The translations under genes and the position numbers were made by a program. Below are positions 27,927-38,490 of a DNA stretch of 64,000 nt, one piece after another; position 1 is the first letter of the stretch, and each line of letters opens with the position of its first letter. Source of the DNA: an uncultured Bacteroides sp. (GTDB lineage Bacteria > Bacteroidota > Bacteroidia > Bacteroidales > Bacteroidaceae); the NCBI GenBank assembly GCA_964413805.1, contig CAYPUJ010000002.1, forward strand, positions 2,045 through 66,044. Direction: 5' to 3'. A model generated the notes under the pieces. That model had not been told where the DNA came from. It ran no database searches and was given only the letters and a program-made list of their open reading frames with translations.

Positions 27927-28938
27927 GGTGGCCGTCGTCATTTTGAACTGGAACGGGCGCGAACTCTTGCGTTCTTTTCTTCCTTCCGTAGTCCGGACTG
28001 CCGAAGCAGCGGGAGCGGTGGTGTACCTGGCCGACAATGCTTCTACCGACGGTTCGGCAGACTGGGTGTGCACTGCCTGTCCTTCGGTCCGGGTGTTGCA
28101 GTTGGAGGAGAATTACGGTTTTGCGGAAGGTTACAACCGTGCCATCCGGCAGATGGAGGCGGTCTACACGGTGCTGTTGAATTCCGATGTGGAGGTGACG
28201 GAGCATTGGCTGGAACCTCTGGTGGCCTTCATGGACGCCCATCCCGAAGTGGCGGCCTGCCAGCCCAAGATACGGAATTGGCGGGAACGCAACTGTTTCG
28301 AGTATGCCGGTGCGGCAGGCGGCTTCATCGACCGCTACGGTTATCCCTACTGCCGTGGCAGGCTGATGGGGACTGTGGAGGCTGACCACGGACAGTATGA
28401 TACGGCCTGCCCTTTGTTCTGGGCCACCGGTGCGGCGCTTTTCATCCGTCTGGCGGACTATTGGGAAGCGGGCGGCCTGGACGGACGCTTCTTTGCCCAC
28501 ATGGAGGAGATTGACTTGTGCTGGCGGTTGCGTGCCCGCAACAGGGGAGTGGTTTGCGTTCCGCAAAGCGTGGTCTACCACGTGGGAGGTGGCACGCTGC
28601 AGAAAGAAAGCCCTCGCAAGACCTTTCTCAATTTCCGCAACAACCTGCTGATGCTTTACAAGAACCTTCCGGACGACGAACTGGCTGCCGTGATGCGGAT
28701 GCGCCGGTGGCTCGATTGTTTGGCGGCATTTTCCTTTGCCGCGAAATTGCAGTTTGCCAATGCGCGTGCCGTGTGGCAGGCTCGACGCGCCTACCGGAAG
28801 TTGCGTCCCGGCTTTAAGGCCGACAGGGAGCAAAACCTGCGGAGGACTGTGTTATCCTCCATTCCGGAACGGTGGGGAGGCAGTATCTTGTGGCAGTATT
28901 ACGTAAGAGGGAAGAGGCGGTTCTCCCAACTGGGGTAG
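27919..28938 (+). CDS. Glycosyltransferase family 2
   Basis: VVILNWNG, DNASTD, LLNSD, FFAHMEEIDLCWR. Confidence 0.92.
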   Translation: MDKVAVVILNWNGRELLRSFLPSVVRTAEAAGAVVYLADNASTDGSADWVCTACPSVRVLQLEENYGFAEGYNRAIRQMEAVYTVLLNSDVEVTEHWLEPLVAFMDAHPEVAACQPKIRNWRERNCFEYAGAAGGFIDRYGYPYCRGRLMGTVEADHGQYDTACPLFWATGAALFIRLADYWEAGGLDGRFFAHMEEIDLCWRLRARNRGVVCVPQSVVYHVGGGTLQKESPRKTFLNFRNNLLMLYKNLPDDELAAVMRMRRWLDCLAAFSFAAKLQFANARAVWQARRAYRKLRPGFKADREQNLRRTVLSSIPERWGGSILWQYYVRGKRRFSQLG

Positions 28939-29040
28939 TTGTTCGCTTCGGTACGGATTCCTTGCCGGAACTGCGGAGCGGAAAAAATTGTCTGGAAACG
29001 GCAGGGAAAGGAAATAAATCCCTACATTGGAGTGGTTTTG

Positions 29041-29112
29041 TACCTCGGAGGGGAATCGAACCCCTATCTAATGTTTAGGAAACACTTGTTCTATCCGTTG
29101 AACTACCAAGGC
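29041..29112 (-). tRNA. tRNA-Arg (anticodon CCT)
   Basis: Cloverleaf GCCTTGG/CCGAGGT acceptor stem, GTTC/GAAC D-stem, AGTGT-TTCCTAA-ACATT anticodon arm, AGGGG-TTCGATT-CCCCT T-arm. Confidence 0.93.
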
Positions 29113-29271
29113 AGTCTGCAAGGGCAAAAGCAGGCATTGCGGGTGCAAAGATATGCATTTCTGCCGATTTTCCGAAGAAAAGCTTTGTTAATCCGATTAA
29201 CTTTCCGAAATTTGCGCACGAAGAAAGCAGAATACGGCTTTCCCTTGAAAAAAAGTAAGTAATTTTAAGTT

Positions 29272-31119
29272 ATGGAAAACGACATGATGGTCAAAGAACT
29301 GGAGCAAGTAGTAGTCCGCTTCTCCGGAGACTCCGGCGACGGAATGCAACTTGCCGGCAATATCTTTTCTACGATTTCGGCTACGGTGGGAAACGACATC
29401 AGCACTTTCCCCGACTTTCCGGCAGACATCCGCGCACCGCAAGGCTCGCTCACGGGCGTGTCCGGCTTTCAGGTACACATCGGGGCGGACAAGGTTTATA
29501 CGCCGGGTGACAAATGCGACGTGTTGGTTGCCATGAACGCGGCTGCGCTGAAAACGCAGTATAAGTTTGCCAAGCCCACCGCCTGCATCATTATCGACAC
29601 AAACGCTTTCCAGAAATCAGACTTGGAGAAAGCGGCTTTCAAGACCGACAATCCCATAGAAGAAATGGGCATCAGCCAGGACGTCATTGCGGCACCCATC
29701 ACCCAGATGGTGAAAGACTGCCTGGCAGACACGGGTATGGACAACAAATCCATCCTGAAATGCCGCAACATGTTTGCCGTGGGACTGGTGTGCTGGCTCT
29801 TTAACCGCGACCTGAAGATTGCCGAGGACTTTATCCGTGAAAAGTTTGCCAGGAAGCCCGGAGTGGCCGAGGCCAACATCCGTGTCATCCATGCCGGGTA
29901 CGACTACGGACACAATACGCACGCCTCCGTGGCTCATACCTATAAGATAGAAAGCAAGGCAGCCGTGCCGGGCCGTTACATGGACATTACCGGCAACAAG
30001 GCCACCGCTTACGGCTTCATTGCCGCAGCCGAGAAGGCAGGGCTGAAGCTCTTTCTGGGTTCCTATCCCATCACGCCCGCTACGGACGTATTGCACGAAC
30101 TGTCCAAGCACAAGTCGCTGGGTGTCATCACGGTGCAGTGCGAGGACGAGATTTCGGGCTGTGCCACCGCCCTCGGTGCTTCTTTTGCCGGTGCGTTGGG
30201 TGTCACGTCCACGTCAGGCCCCGGTGTCTGCCTCAAGTCGGAAGTGATGAACCTGGCCGTCATCACCGAGTTGCCCTTGGTGATACTCGACGTGCAACGC
30301 GGCGGTCCCTCCACGGGTCTTCCCACCAAGTCGGAACAGACCGACCTGTTGCAAGCCCTCTTCGGGCGCAACGGCGAAAGCCCGATGCCTGTCATTGCTG
30401 CCACTTCGCCCACCAACTGCTTCGATGCTGCCTACATGGCTTGCAAGATTGCCTTGGAACATACCACGCCCGTGGTGTTGCTGACCGACGGATTCGTGGC
30501 CAATGGTTCGGGTGCCTGGAAACTTCCTTGTCTGGCTGACTATCCTGACATCTGCCCGCCTTATGCCACCGATGACATGAAGGGCAACTACACTCCCTAT
30601 CGCCGCAACCCGGAAACCGGTGTCCGCTACTGGGCTTTGCCCGGGCAGGAAGGATATATGCACATCCTCGGCGGACTGGAGAAGGACAGCAACACGGGTG
30701 CCATCTCCACCGATCCGGAAAACCACGACCTGATGTGCCGCCTGCGTGCCGAAAAGGTTGCCAAAATACCGGTGCCCGACGTGGAAGTGGAAGGATGCGC
30801 AGCCGATGCCGACCTGCTGATAGTGGGATTTGGCGGGACCTACGGTCACCTTTATTCCGCCATGAAGGAACTGAACAAGACCGGACACAAGGTGGCACTG
30901 GCCCACTTCAGCTATATCAACCCCTTGCCCCGCAACACGGAAGCTGTGCTGAAGAAATATAAAAAAGTGGTGGTGGCCGAACAGAACCTCGGACAGTTTG
31001 CCGCCTATCTGCGCATGAAGGTGGATAACTTCACGCCCTACCGGTTCAACGAAGTGAAAGGACAGCCGTTCGTCGTTTCCGAATTGGTGGAGGCTTTCAA
31101 AAAGATACTCGAAGCGTAA
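29272..31119 (+). CDS. korA: 2-oxoacid:acceptor oxidoreductase alpha subunit
   Basis: FSGDSGDGMQ, YPITPAT, EDEI, QRGGPSTGLPT. Confidence 0.92.
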   Translation: MENDMMVKELEQVVVRFSGDSGDGMQLAGNIFSTISATVGNDISTFPDFPADIRAPQGSLTGVSGFQVHIGADKVYTPGDKCDVLVAMNAAALKTQYKFAKPTACIIIDTNAFQKSDLEKAAFKTDNPIEEMGISQDVIAAPITQMVKDCLADTGMDNKSILKCRNMFAVGLVCWLFNRDLKIAEDFIREKFARKPGVAEANIRVIHAGYDYGHNTHASVAHTYKIESKAAVPGRYMDITGNKATAYGFIAAAEKAGLKLFLGSYPITPATDVLHELSKHKSLGVITVQCEDEISGCATALGASFAGALGVTSTSGPGVCLKSEVMNLAVITELPLVILDVQRGGPSTGLPTKSEQTDLLQALFGRNGESPMPVIAATSPTNCFDAAYMACKIALEHTTPVVLLTDGFVANGSGAWKLPCLADYPDICPPYATDDMKGNYTPYRRNPETGVRYWALPGQEGYMHILGGLEKDSNTGAISTDPENHDLMCRLRAEKVAKIPVPDVEVEGCAADADLLIVGFGGTYGHLYSAMKELNKTGHKVALAHFSYINPLPRNTEAVLKKYKKVVVAEQNLGQFAAYLRMKVDNFTPYRFNEVKGQPFVVSELVEAFKKILEA

Positions 31120-31150
31120 ACAATCGACTCAAAAACAGAAAGGAACAGCT

Positions 31151-32164
31151 ATGATGAATACATCTTCTTATACAGCGAAAGATTTCAAGAAAGGACAACC
31201 CCGCTGGTGTCCGGGATGTGGCGACCACTTCTTCCTGGCATCCCTGCACAAGGCTTTGGCCGAGATTGGCGTGGCTCCCTGGGAGACTGCCGTCATTTCG
31301 GGTATCGGATGCTCCAGCCGCCTGCCTTACTACATGAACACCTATGCCATGCAGACCGTGCACGGACGTGCAGCCGCCATTTCCACCGGAACCAAGGTGG
31401 CCAACCCCAACCTCAGCGTGTGGCAGATTTCGGGCGACGGCGACGGACTGGCCATCGGCGGAAACCACTTCATCCATGCCATCCGGCGCAATGTGGACAT
31501 CAACATCATCCTGCTGAACAACCGTATTTACGGACTCACCAAAGGTCAGTATTCGCCCACTTCGCCGCGCGGCTTCGTCAGCAAGTCGTCTCCCTACGGC
31601 ACGGTGGAGGATCCTTTCCATCCCGCTGAACTCTGTTTCGGTGCCCGTGGGCGTTTCTTTGCCCGTGCCGTGGCCACCGATGCTCCGGGTACCGTGGAGG
31701 TGCTGAAAGCAGCCCACCGCCACAAGGGGACTGCCGTGTGCGAAATCCTGCAAAACTGCGTCATCTTCAACGACGGCACGCACAATGCCGTGGCCAAAAA
31801 GGAAGACCGCCTCAAGAATGCCATTTACCTGGAACACGGCCAACCCATGCTCTTCGGCGAGAACCGCGAGTTCGGTCTCGTGCAGGAAGGATTCGGCCTG
31901 AAGGTAGTGCGTCTGGGTGAGAACGGCATCACCGAGAAGGACATTCTGGTGCACGACGCACACTGCATGGACAACACTCTCCAACTGAAACTGGCTCTGA
32001 TGGAAGGTCCCGACTTCCCCATTGCCCTGGGTGTGATTCGCGACGTGGACGAACCCAATTACGATGCAGCCGTGTATGCGCAAATCGAAGAGGTGTCCGC
32101 CAAGAAGAACTACCACAACTTCGAGGAGCTGCTGATGACGAACGACACGTGGCAAGTGGGTTGA
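31151..32164 (+). CDS. korB: 2-oxoacid:ferredoxin oxidoreductase beta subunit
   Basis: WCPGCGD, SGIGCSSR, GDGD...NNRIYGLTKGQYSPT. Confidence 0.92.
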   Translation: MMNTSSYTAKDFKKGQPRWCPGCGDHFFLASLHKALAEIGVAPWETAVISGIGCSSRLPYYMNTYAMQTVHGRAAAISTGTKVANPNLSVWQISGDGDGLAIGGNHFIHAIRRNVDINIILLNNRIYGLTKGQYSPTSPRGFVSKSSPYGTVEDPFHPAELCFGARGRFFARAVATDAPGTVEVLKAAHRHKGTAVCEILQNCVIFNDGTHNAVAKKEDRLKNAIYLEHGQPMLFGENREFGLVQEGFGLKVVRLGENGITEKDILVHDAHCMDNTLQLKLALMEGPDFPIALGVIRDVDEPNYDAAVYAQIEEVSAKKNYHNFEELLMTNDTWQVG

Positions 32165-34114
32165 TTATTCCACGATTACAACGCCCCCGTTCTGCGGAAT
32201 CTCCAGCCTGACTTCCTGCTTCTTGTTCAGCTTCAGGGTTTTCACACTGCCTTGCAGGTCTTTGTCGTCCGTGTAGGCACGGATTTCGTTTGCATCGGCC
32301 AGCATAGGCAGTTGTACTTTCAGCTTCAACGTTTTCTGTTGGGCATTGACGCCTGCCACATACCAGCGGTTGCCGCTGCGGCGTGCCAGGATGACGTAAC
32401 GTCCCGGATAGCCGTCGATGAAGCGCACTTCGTCCCACGTGGCGGGTACTTGCTTCATGAAGTCGATGGCCCATTCGGGCGCGTCGGTCAGGTTGTTGGG
32501 AGCCAGGGCAAAGTGCTGCACGGGGCTTTGGAAGAGCACTGCCGTGGCCAGGGCAAACACATCGGACGTGATGCGGCGGCTGCCGCGCGGTTCGTTTTTG
32601 TCGTTGTAGTACTTGTTGAGTGCGCTGCCTCCGAAGTCCATGCTGCCCACCGTGTTCCGGATAAAGGGATGCAGGCAGGCATTATAAGCTTCCTCGTCGC
32701 AACTGCTTTGTGAGAAGTGCAGGTTTTCGCTGGCCAGGACGGCTTCGCTGGAAGCATAGTTGGGATACATCCGCTCCCATCCGCGAGGCAGGGTACAGCC
32801 GTGGAAGATGACCAGCAGCCCGTAGTCGTTGGCATCGGCCAGAATATCCTCGTAGAGTTGCAGGGTCTGTTGCTTGTCTCCTCCGAAAAAGTCTACTTTG
32901 ATGCCCCGGATGCCCACGCGCTTCATCCATGCCATTTCGCGGCGGCGGTCGATGGCGTTGTCCATGATGCCGCGCGGCGACTGGGGCGCATCGTTCCAAT
33001 GGCCGTTGGAGTTGTACCACAGGTAGAGGGCCACGCCCTTCTTTGCGCCGTAGGCAGCCAGCCGTTCGATGCCGTCGTAGCCTATCTGTGTGTCCCACAG
33101 GGCATCGACAAGTACCGACTGATAGCCCATAGCAGCCGAAAAGTCGATGTAACGCATCTGTTCCTCAAAGTTGGTGCTGGCATCCATGCCGATAATCCAA
33201 CTCCACGAACCCTTGCCGTATTGGTACGTTTGCGAGGCCTCATACTTGGGTTTCACCAGGTCGAAGGCCACGGTGGTTTCTACGATGGGAGCCAGGGTCG
33301 TACCCACGGTGATGGTGCGCCACGGTGTTCCGCCCGGCAGGGCAATGCCCGGCGTAGCAGACCCCAGTCCGTTCATTTCTCCCTCCTGCGGGAAGCCGAT
33401 GGCGTAGTGCCCGTCCCTGACGTTCAGCAGGCGGCAGCCGCAGTAGCCGCCGTCGGTGCCGGTCTCGGAAATCAGTGTCCAGCCTTTGTCTCCGTTGCGG
33501 AACAGGCAGGGGAAAGTGTAACCCTCGCCCCGGCCGTTCTTGCCCATTGTGTCGTCGGCGGTGTAGGGCGTTTCGTAGCTGGGCGTGGTGCGGGCAAATC
33601 CTTCCATGGGCTTTGCCAGCGGACAGAGGAAAGTGGTGGTGCCTTCGGGCAGGACGAATCCCGTGGCCTCGCGCAGCACCACGCAGCAACGGGCGTCGTT
33701 CATCGGGCGGAGCTTGTAGCGGAAAGCAACGTCACGGTTGCTCACCCGGAACTCTATGTCGTACACAGTCTTTCCGTCCTTGGCAAAGGAGAACACCTGG
33801 CGGTTGGCACGGTAGTCCACTTGGCTTTGCTTGATGTTGCGCAGTTCGTAGGTTTCGGCCACGGCTTTCGCGTCGGACGCTTCGGCCAGGCTCATGCCGG
33901 TGGTGAAATCGCCCAGGTCGGTTTCTACGCCCAGGGGCGAACGCAGCAGGAAGGGCACGCCTTCGTAATCCACGCGGTAGGCAGGGTTTCCGCCTTCGTC
34001 CGTCACTGTCACACAGAGTTTTCCGTCGGGACTTTGCAGTGTCTTGTCTGTGGCCTGTGCGGTAATGGCCGCCAGCAGGAGTCCCCCTAACAACATCAGG
34101 TTTCTTGTCTTCAT
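32165..34114 (-). CDS. Glycoside hydrolase family 97
   Basis: Signal peptide, SPDGKL, TPWRTI, YIDFSAAMG, GIKVDFF, FHGC..PRGWERMYPN. Confidence 0.88.
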   Translation of the reverse strand: MKTRNLMLLGGLLLAAITAQATDKTLQSPDGKLCVTVTDEGGNPAYRVDYEGVPFLLRSPLGVETDLGDFTTGMSLAEASDAKAVAETYELRNIKQSQVDYRANRQVFSFAKDGKTVYDIEFRVSNRDVAFRYKLRPMNDARCCVVLREATGFVLPEGTTTFLCPLAKPMEGFARTTPSYETPYTADDTMGKNGRGEGYTFPCLFRNGDKGWTLISETGTDGGYCGCRLLNVRDGHYAIGFPQEGEMNGLGSATPGIALPGGTPWRTITVGTTLAPIVETTVAFDLVKPKYEASQTYQYGKGSWSWIIGMDASTNFEEQMRYIDFSAAMGYQSVLVDALWDTQIGYDGIERLAAYGAKKGVALYLWYNSNGHWNDAPQSPRGIMDNAIDRRREMAWMKRVGIRGIKVDFFGGDKQQTLQLYEDILADANDYGLLVIFHGCTLPRGWERMYPNYASSEAVLASENLHFSQSSCDEEAYNACLHPFIRNTVGSMDFGGSALNKYYNDKNEPRGSRRITSDVFALATAVLFQSPVQHFALAPNNLTDAPEWAIDFMKQVPATWDEVRFIDGYPGRYVILARRSGNRWYVAGVNAQQKTLKLKVQLPMLADANEIRAYTDDKDLQGSVKTLKLNKKQEVRLEIPQNGGVVIVE

Positions 34115-34247
34115 CGTTATTTTTTGGTGTTGGAATTAAACTTGCGCTTCGTGCAAAGCGGCAGGGCAACCGTAGCCTGCCCGGCAAATTTCGCAAATCT
34201 TTTTGGAATACGGGTCGTGCACGCGCCTCTATTTTTTCCGTTCCGCC

Positions 34248-34907
34248 TTACAGCTTGTCGCCATAGGCCAGGTCGCCCGCGTCACCCAGTCCGGGCACGA
34301 TGTAGTAGTGTTCGTCCAGTTCGGGGTCGATGGCGGCGCACCACAGGGTGACGCTGTCTTGCGGGAAGAGGCTTTGCAGGTGTGCCACGCCTTGCCGGCT
34401 GGCAATGACACAGGCCAGAAGCAGCCTGCCCGGCATCCCCTTGGTGAGGAAAGCCCGCCAGGCCAGTTCCATGCTTTCGCCCGTGGCCAGCATGGGGTCT
34501 ACCAGCAGGACGGTCTTGCGCGAGAGGTCGGGCGTGGCGATGTACTCGATGTGTACGTCCAGTTGCCGGTGTTCCACATCCTTGTAGTAGCGGTAGGCAG
34601 AGACGAAGGCATTGCCGGCGCGGTCGAACACGTTGAGGAAGCCCTGGTGCAGCGGCAGTCCCGCGCGGAACACGGTGGCGATGACCAGGTCGTCGTCCGG
34701 CGTGCGGGCTGTGGCCGTGCCCAGCGGGGTCTGCACCTGCTTGGGCGAATAGGTCAGGGATTTGCTCATTTCGTAGGCCATCAGTTCGCCGATGCGTTCG
34801 ATGTTGCGGCGGAAACGCATGCGGTCGGTCTGTATGTTCACGTCGCGCAATTCGGCGACGTACTGGTTGAGGATGGAATCGGTTTCTGCAAAATTGATGA
34901 CTTTCAT
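34248..34907 (-). CDS. upp: Uracil phosphoribosyltransferase
   Basis: RAGLPLH, DPMLATGES, YIVPGLGDAGD. Confidence 0.95.
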   Translation of the reverse strand: MKVINFAETDSILNQYVAELRDVNIQTDRMRFRRNIERIGELMAYEMSKSLTYSPKQVQTPLGTATARTPDDDLVIATVFRAGLPLHQGFLNVFDRAGNAFVSAYRYYKDVEHRQLDVHIEYIATPDLSRKTVLLVDPMLATGESMELAWRAFLTKGMPGRLLLACVIASRQGVAHLQSLFPQDSVTLWCAAIDPELDEHYYIVPGLGDAGDLAYGDKL

Positions 34908-35102
34908 ACGTGGAAATCGGTTTATGTTCTTGCCCTCTGCGGTTTGCCTTGGGAGCGTGTCCGGAAGTGCTTGTGACTTCTGTCCTCGGTGCAGGCAACC
35001 GGGGTTTCGTGAGACAAAGGTAATGCTTTTGCGGGAGAATGTTTACATTCCGCCTGTCTTTCCGTTCCGTCTTTCCCGAAGTGGCACTTCGCCCGTCGAA
35101 CC

Positions 35103-35205
35103 ATGAAGATATTAGTGACAGGAGTAGCCGGATTCATAGGCTCGTTCGTGGCAGGGAAGGAATCCGGAAGTTTTATGACTGGTATGTGAAGTATTTTGCG
35201 TCTTG
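35103..35205 (+). pseudogene. Deletion scar of an NAD-dependent nucleotide-sugar epimerase
   Basis: MKILVTGVAGFIGSFVA fused out of frame to REGIRKFYDWYVKYF. Confidence 0.75.
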
Positions 35206-35220
35206 CACGGCGGAGTGAAC

Positions 35221-35330
35221 GGTACGTACAAGCCGTTTCCGGGATGCCTGTGTCGAACGTGCTCCACACCTGTACCGAACAAATGGATTGCCTGTATGGA
35301 GCACGCTCCGTGCCTGTACCGGATAAACGG
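35221..35330. repeat. 22-bp-period CCTGTA repeat array
   Basis: CCTGT at 35247, 35269, 35291 and 35313; related to 45171-45283. Confidence 0.75.
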
Positions 35331-35377
35331 CATTCAGTCAGGCTTTCTTGCATGACCGTTGCCGGTGAAATCAACGT

Positions 35378-35425
35378 AAAAAAACAGCCTGCCATCGATG
35401 GACGAAGCATCTGTTGGCAGGCTGT
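35378..35425 (-). terminator. Rho-independent terminator after mscS
   Basis: ACAGCCTGCCA...TGGCAGGCTGT stem followed by a U tract on the minus strand. Confidence 0.7.
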
Positions 35426-35448
35426 GTTGTGCTGTTCTGTTCCCTTTT

Positions 35449-36318
35449 TCAGTCTTTTGCCTGGTGTACGGTGAGTTGCGGGAAGGGGAACCCGATGCCT
35501 TCGCGGTTGAACTCCGTGTAGATGGCTTTGTTGACATCGAAGTAAACGCCCCAGTAGTCGTCATTCTTCACCCATACCCGGATGACAATGTTGACGCTGC
35601 TGGCATCCAGTGCCTTCAGTGCCATGAAAGGAGCGGGCTTGTCGAGGATGCGCTTTTCGGCGGCAAGGATGCGGCGTGTGACGCTCTCCACCTTTTCGTA
35701 GTTCTCGCCATACTCCACGCCTATCACCCATTCCACCCGGCGGGTGTTCTCGCGGCTGTAGTTGGTGATGGTGCCGCTGCTCAAGGAGCCGTTGGGGATG
35801 TAGACCACCTTGTTGTCGGAGGTGGTGAGGATGGTGTGGAAGATTTGTATTTCGCGCACCGTTCCGCCTTCGCCCTGGCACTCAATCCAGTCGCCCACTT
35901 TGAAGGGACGGAAAAGGAGCACGATGAGTCCTCCCGCAAAGTTCTGCAGATTGCCCGACAGGGCCATGCCGATGGCTACACCGGCCGATGCCAGCAGGGC
36001 TGCAAACGAAGTGGTCTCGATGCCCAGCTTGCTGATGATGGCCACAATGAGCAAGACGGTGAGCAGGATGTTTACCATGCTCCTCACGAAACTCTGTATG
36101 CCGGCATCGATGTGACGTTTCACCAGCATCCTGGCCACAACCCGGTTGAGGAACTTGATGACAAAACGTCCCACGACAAAAATGATGAGCGCGCCGATGA
36201 TGCGTCCGCCTATTTCGATGCCGTAGGCAGACAGTTGTTGCCACAGCATATCGAGTTTGTCGAAGCCTGTTTCCATGTTTTCGGCGGTGGAGATTGCCGC
36301 CAGGGATAAGAATAGCAT
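35449..36318 (-). CDS. mscS: Small-conductance mechanosensitive channel
   Basis: GVAIGMALSGNLQNFAGG, RPFKVGD, IPNG, FPFPQ. Confidence 0.92.
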   Translation of the reverse strand: MLFLSLAAISTAENMETGFDKLDMLWQQLSAYGIEIGGRIIGALIIFVVGRFVIKFLNRVVARMLVKRHIDAGIQSFVRSMVNILLTVLLIVAIISKLGIETTSFAALLASAGVAIGMALSGNLQNFAGGLIVLLFRPFKVGDWIECQGEGGTVREIQIFHTILTTSDNKVVYIPNGSLSSGTITNYSRENTRRVEWVIGVEYGENYEKVESVTRRILAAEKRILDKPAPFMALKALDASSVNIVIRVWVKNDDYWGVYFDVNKAIYTEFNREGIGFPFPQLTVHQAKD

Positions 36319-36375
36319 AATGAGTACCTCTTTTTTATGTGTTTAAACTGATAAAGAATGTCTGTTCTGAATGGC

Positions 36376-37683
36376 TCATTCGGCCGTTGTCAGCAGGAAC
36401 TGCTTGAAGTCTGCAAACGCTTTCGACAGGGGCAGGCTCTTCTTCTCGCCCCGCAGGAAGGCTTGCAGCTTTTCGGGGATGGAAATGCTTTCGCCCAGGA
36501 TTTCCTCCACCGTGTCCTTGAACTTGGCGGGGTGGGCTGTTTCGAGGAAGATGCCCGTCTCTCCCGGTTGCAGCCCTTCGCACAAGGCGCGGAATCCGCA
36601 GGCACCGTGAGGGTCGAGGAGATAACGATGCGCCTGCCACGTCTGCCGTATGGTGTCGGCAATCTGTCCGTCGGTGTAGGTCGCCCCGCTGATGTCGGCA
36701 CAGATGGCTTCGTGGCTGTCTCCGTAGAGGTCGAGCACCCGTGCAAAGTTGCTGGGATTGCCCACATCCATGGCGTTGGCAATGGTGGCTATGCTGGGGC
36801 GGGGCGTGTAGACACCGGTCTGCAGGTATTGGTAGAAGATGTCGTTGCGGTTGTTGGCGGCGATGAACCGCTTCACCGGCAGCCCCATCCGCTTGGCGAA
36901 GAGTCCGGCAGTGATGTTGCCGAAGTTGCCGCTGGGCACGCACACCACCGTTTCGGCAGTTGCACCCAGGCGTTTCAGTTGGGCGTATGCGTAGAAGTAG
37001 TAGAATGCCTGCGGGAGGAAGCGTGCCACGTTGATGGAGTTGGCACTGGTCAGTTGCAGCCGTTCGTTCAGTTCACGGTCTGTGAAGGCGGCTTTCACCA
37101 ATGCCTGGCAGTCGTCGAACGTGCCGTCCACCTCCAGCGGCGTAATGTTCTGCCCCAAGGTGGTGAACTGCTTTTCCTGTATCTCGCTCACCTTTCCTTT
37201 CGGGTAGAGTACGTAGACGTGTATTCCTTCCACGCCCAGGAAGCCGTTGGCCACCGCGCTGCCCGTGTCGCCGGAGGTAGCCACCAGCACATTCACCTGC
37301 CGCTTGCCTTCCTTGCGGATGAAGTAGCCCAGCAGGCGTGCCATGAAGCGTCCTCCCACGTCCTTGAAGGCGAGGGTGGGGCCGTGGAACAGTTCCAGGG
37401 AATAAATACGTCCGGTGACGTGCACCAGCGGCACGTCGAAGTTCAGCGTGTCGTACACGAGCCGGCGGAGTGTGTCGGCGGGCACGTCTTCACCGAAGAA
37501 TGCTTCTGCCACGCGGCAGGCAATATCGGGAAAACTGAGCCGGTCCATCTCTTCGTAAAACGCGGAGGGCAGTGGATTGATGGTGCGGGGCATGAACAGC
37601 CCTTTGTCAGAAGCGAGCCCTTTTACGACAGCCTCTTCCAGTGTGGCTTCAGGAGCCTGTCGGTTGGTGCTGTAATATTTCAT
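36376..37683 (-). CDS. thrC: Threonine synthase
   Basis: MKYYST, LELFHGPTLAFKD, ATSGDTG, VPSGNFGN, TAHPAKF. Confidence 0.96.
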   Translation of the reverse strand: MKYYSTNRQAPEATLEEAVVKGLASDKGLFMPRTINPLPSAFYEEMDRLSFPDIACRVAEAFFGEDVPADTLRRLVYDTLNFDVPLVHVTGRIYSLELFHGPTLAFKDVGGRFMARLLGYFIRKEGKRQVNVLVATSGDTGSAVANGFLGVEGIHVYVLYPKGKVSEIQEKQFTTLGQNITPLEVDGTFDDCQALVKAAFTDRELNERLQLTSANSINVARFLPQAFYYFYAYAQLKRLGATAETVVCVPSGNFGNITAGLFAKRMGLPVKRFIAANNRNDIFYQYLQTGVYTPRPSIATIANAMDVGNPSNFARVLDLYGDSHEAICADISGATYTDGQIADTIRQTWQAHRYLLDPHGACGFRALCEGLQPGETGIFLETAHPAKFKDTVEEILGESISIPEKLQAFLRGEKKSLPLSKAFADFKQFLLTTAE

Positions 37684-37923
37684 AGCGATTGGTGTGTGTA
37701 AGTGTTACAACAAAACCCGCCTTTTGCGATGAATGGCGGAAAAACACGGCAAAGTTATGTAAAATGGGCAATAAGCATACAAACTTTGCCACTTTTTTAT
37801 CACACGCCTCTCCGGACTGCGACATTTCCTCCATTTGTGTATGTGCAGGGAAAGCCGTACTTTTGTCTGTTGTGCGGAGAAAAGCGAAATCAACAGATTA
37901 TTAACCCGTAAACAGGAACAGGC

Positions 37924-38397
37924 ATGAAGACCGTTTTGCTCGTGATAGGACGGACCGTGGAGCCGCACTTCGTTGCGGCCATCGGCGATTACGTCCGCCG
38001 TGTCCAACGTTATTTGTCGTTCGACATGGAAGTGATTCCCGAACTGAAAAACACCAGGAGCCTTTCGGAAGAAGTGCAGAAGGAGAAAGAAAGCGAGTTG
38101 CTCCTGAAGGCTTTCCGCCCCGGCGACTGTGTGGTGCTTCTGGACGAGAACGGGAAGGAAATGAGTTCTGTGGAATTTGCCGGTTACATGAGGCGGAAGA
38201 TGAACACCGTAGGCAAGCGGTTGGTGTTTGTGGTCGGGGGACCCTATGGATTCTCGCCCAAGGTGTACGGGGTGGCGCAGGAGAAGGTTTCCCTTTCGCG
38301 CATGACATTCTCCCACCAGATGATCCGTCTCCTGTTTGTGGAGCAGCTCTACCGGGCCATGACCATCCTGCACGGAACGCCCTACCACCACGAATGA
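37924..38397 (+). CDS. rlmH: 23S rRNA pseudouridine-1915 methyltransferase
   Basis: FVVGGPYGF, SLSRMTFSHQMIRL, EQLYRA..I..G.PYHH. Confidence 0.95.
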   Translation: MKTVLLVIGRTVEPHFVAAIGDYVRRVQRYLSFDMEVIPELKNTRSLSEEVQKEKESELLLKAFRPGDCVVLLDENGKEMSSVEFAGYMRRKMNTVGKRLVFVVGGPYGFSPKVYGVAQEKVSLSRMTFSHQMIRLLFVEQLYRAMTILHGTPYHHE

Positions 38398-38420
38398 CCC
38401 GGATGCCGGAAAAAAACGCA

Positions 38421-38460
38421 GGCTGCACGGACAGGATTCCTTGGCCTTGTCCGTGCAGCC
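38421..38460. terminator. Hairpin between convergent rlmH and recA
   Basis: GGCTGCACGGACA / TGTCCGTGCAGCC, 13-bp perfect stem. Confidence 0.7.
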
Positions 38461-38490
38461 CGTGTTTCCGGCAGCTGTATTGCCTGTGCT

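Noticed and set aside
28939-29040. Element integrated at the tRNA-Arg 3' end
   Set aside because: No duplicated tRNA 3' fragment or integrase was seen; flanking genes are core.
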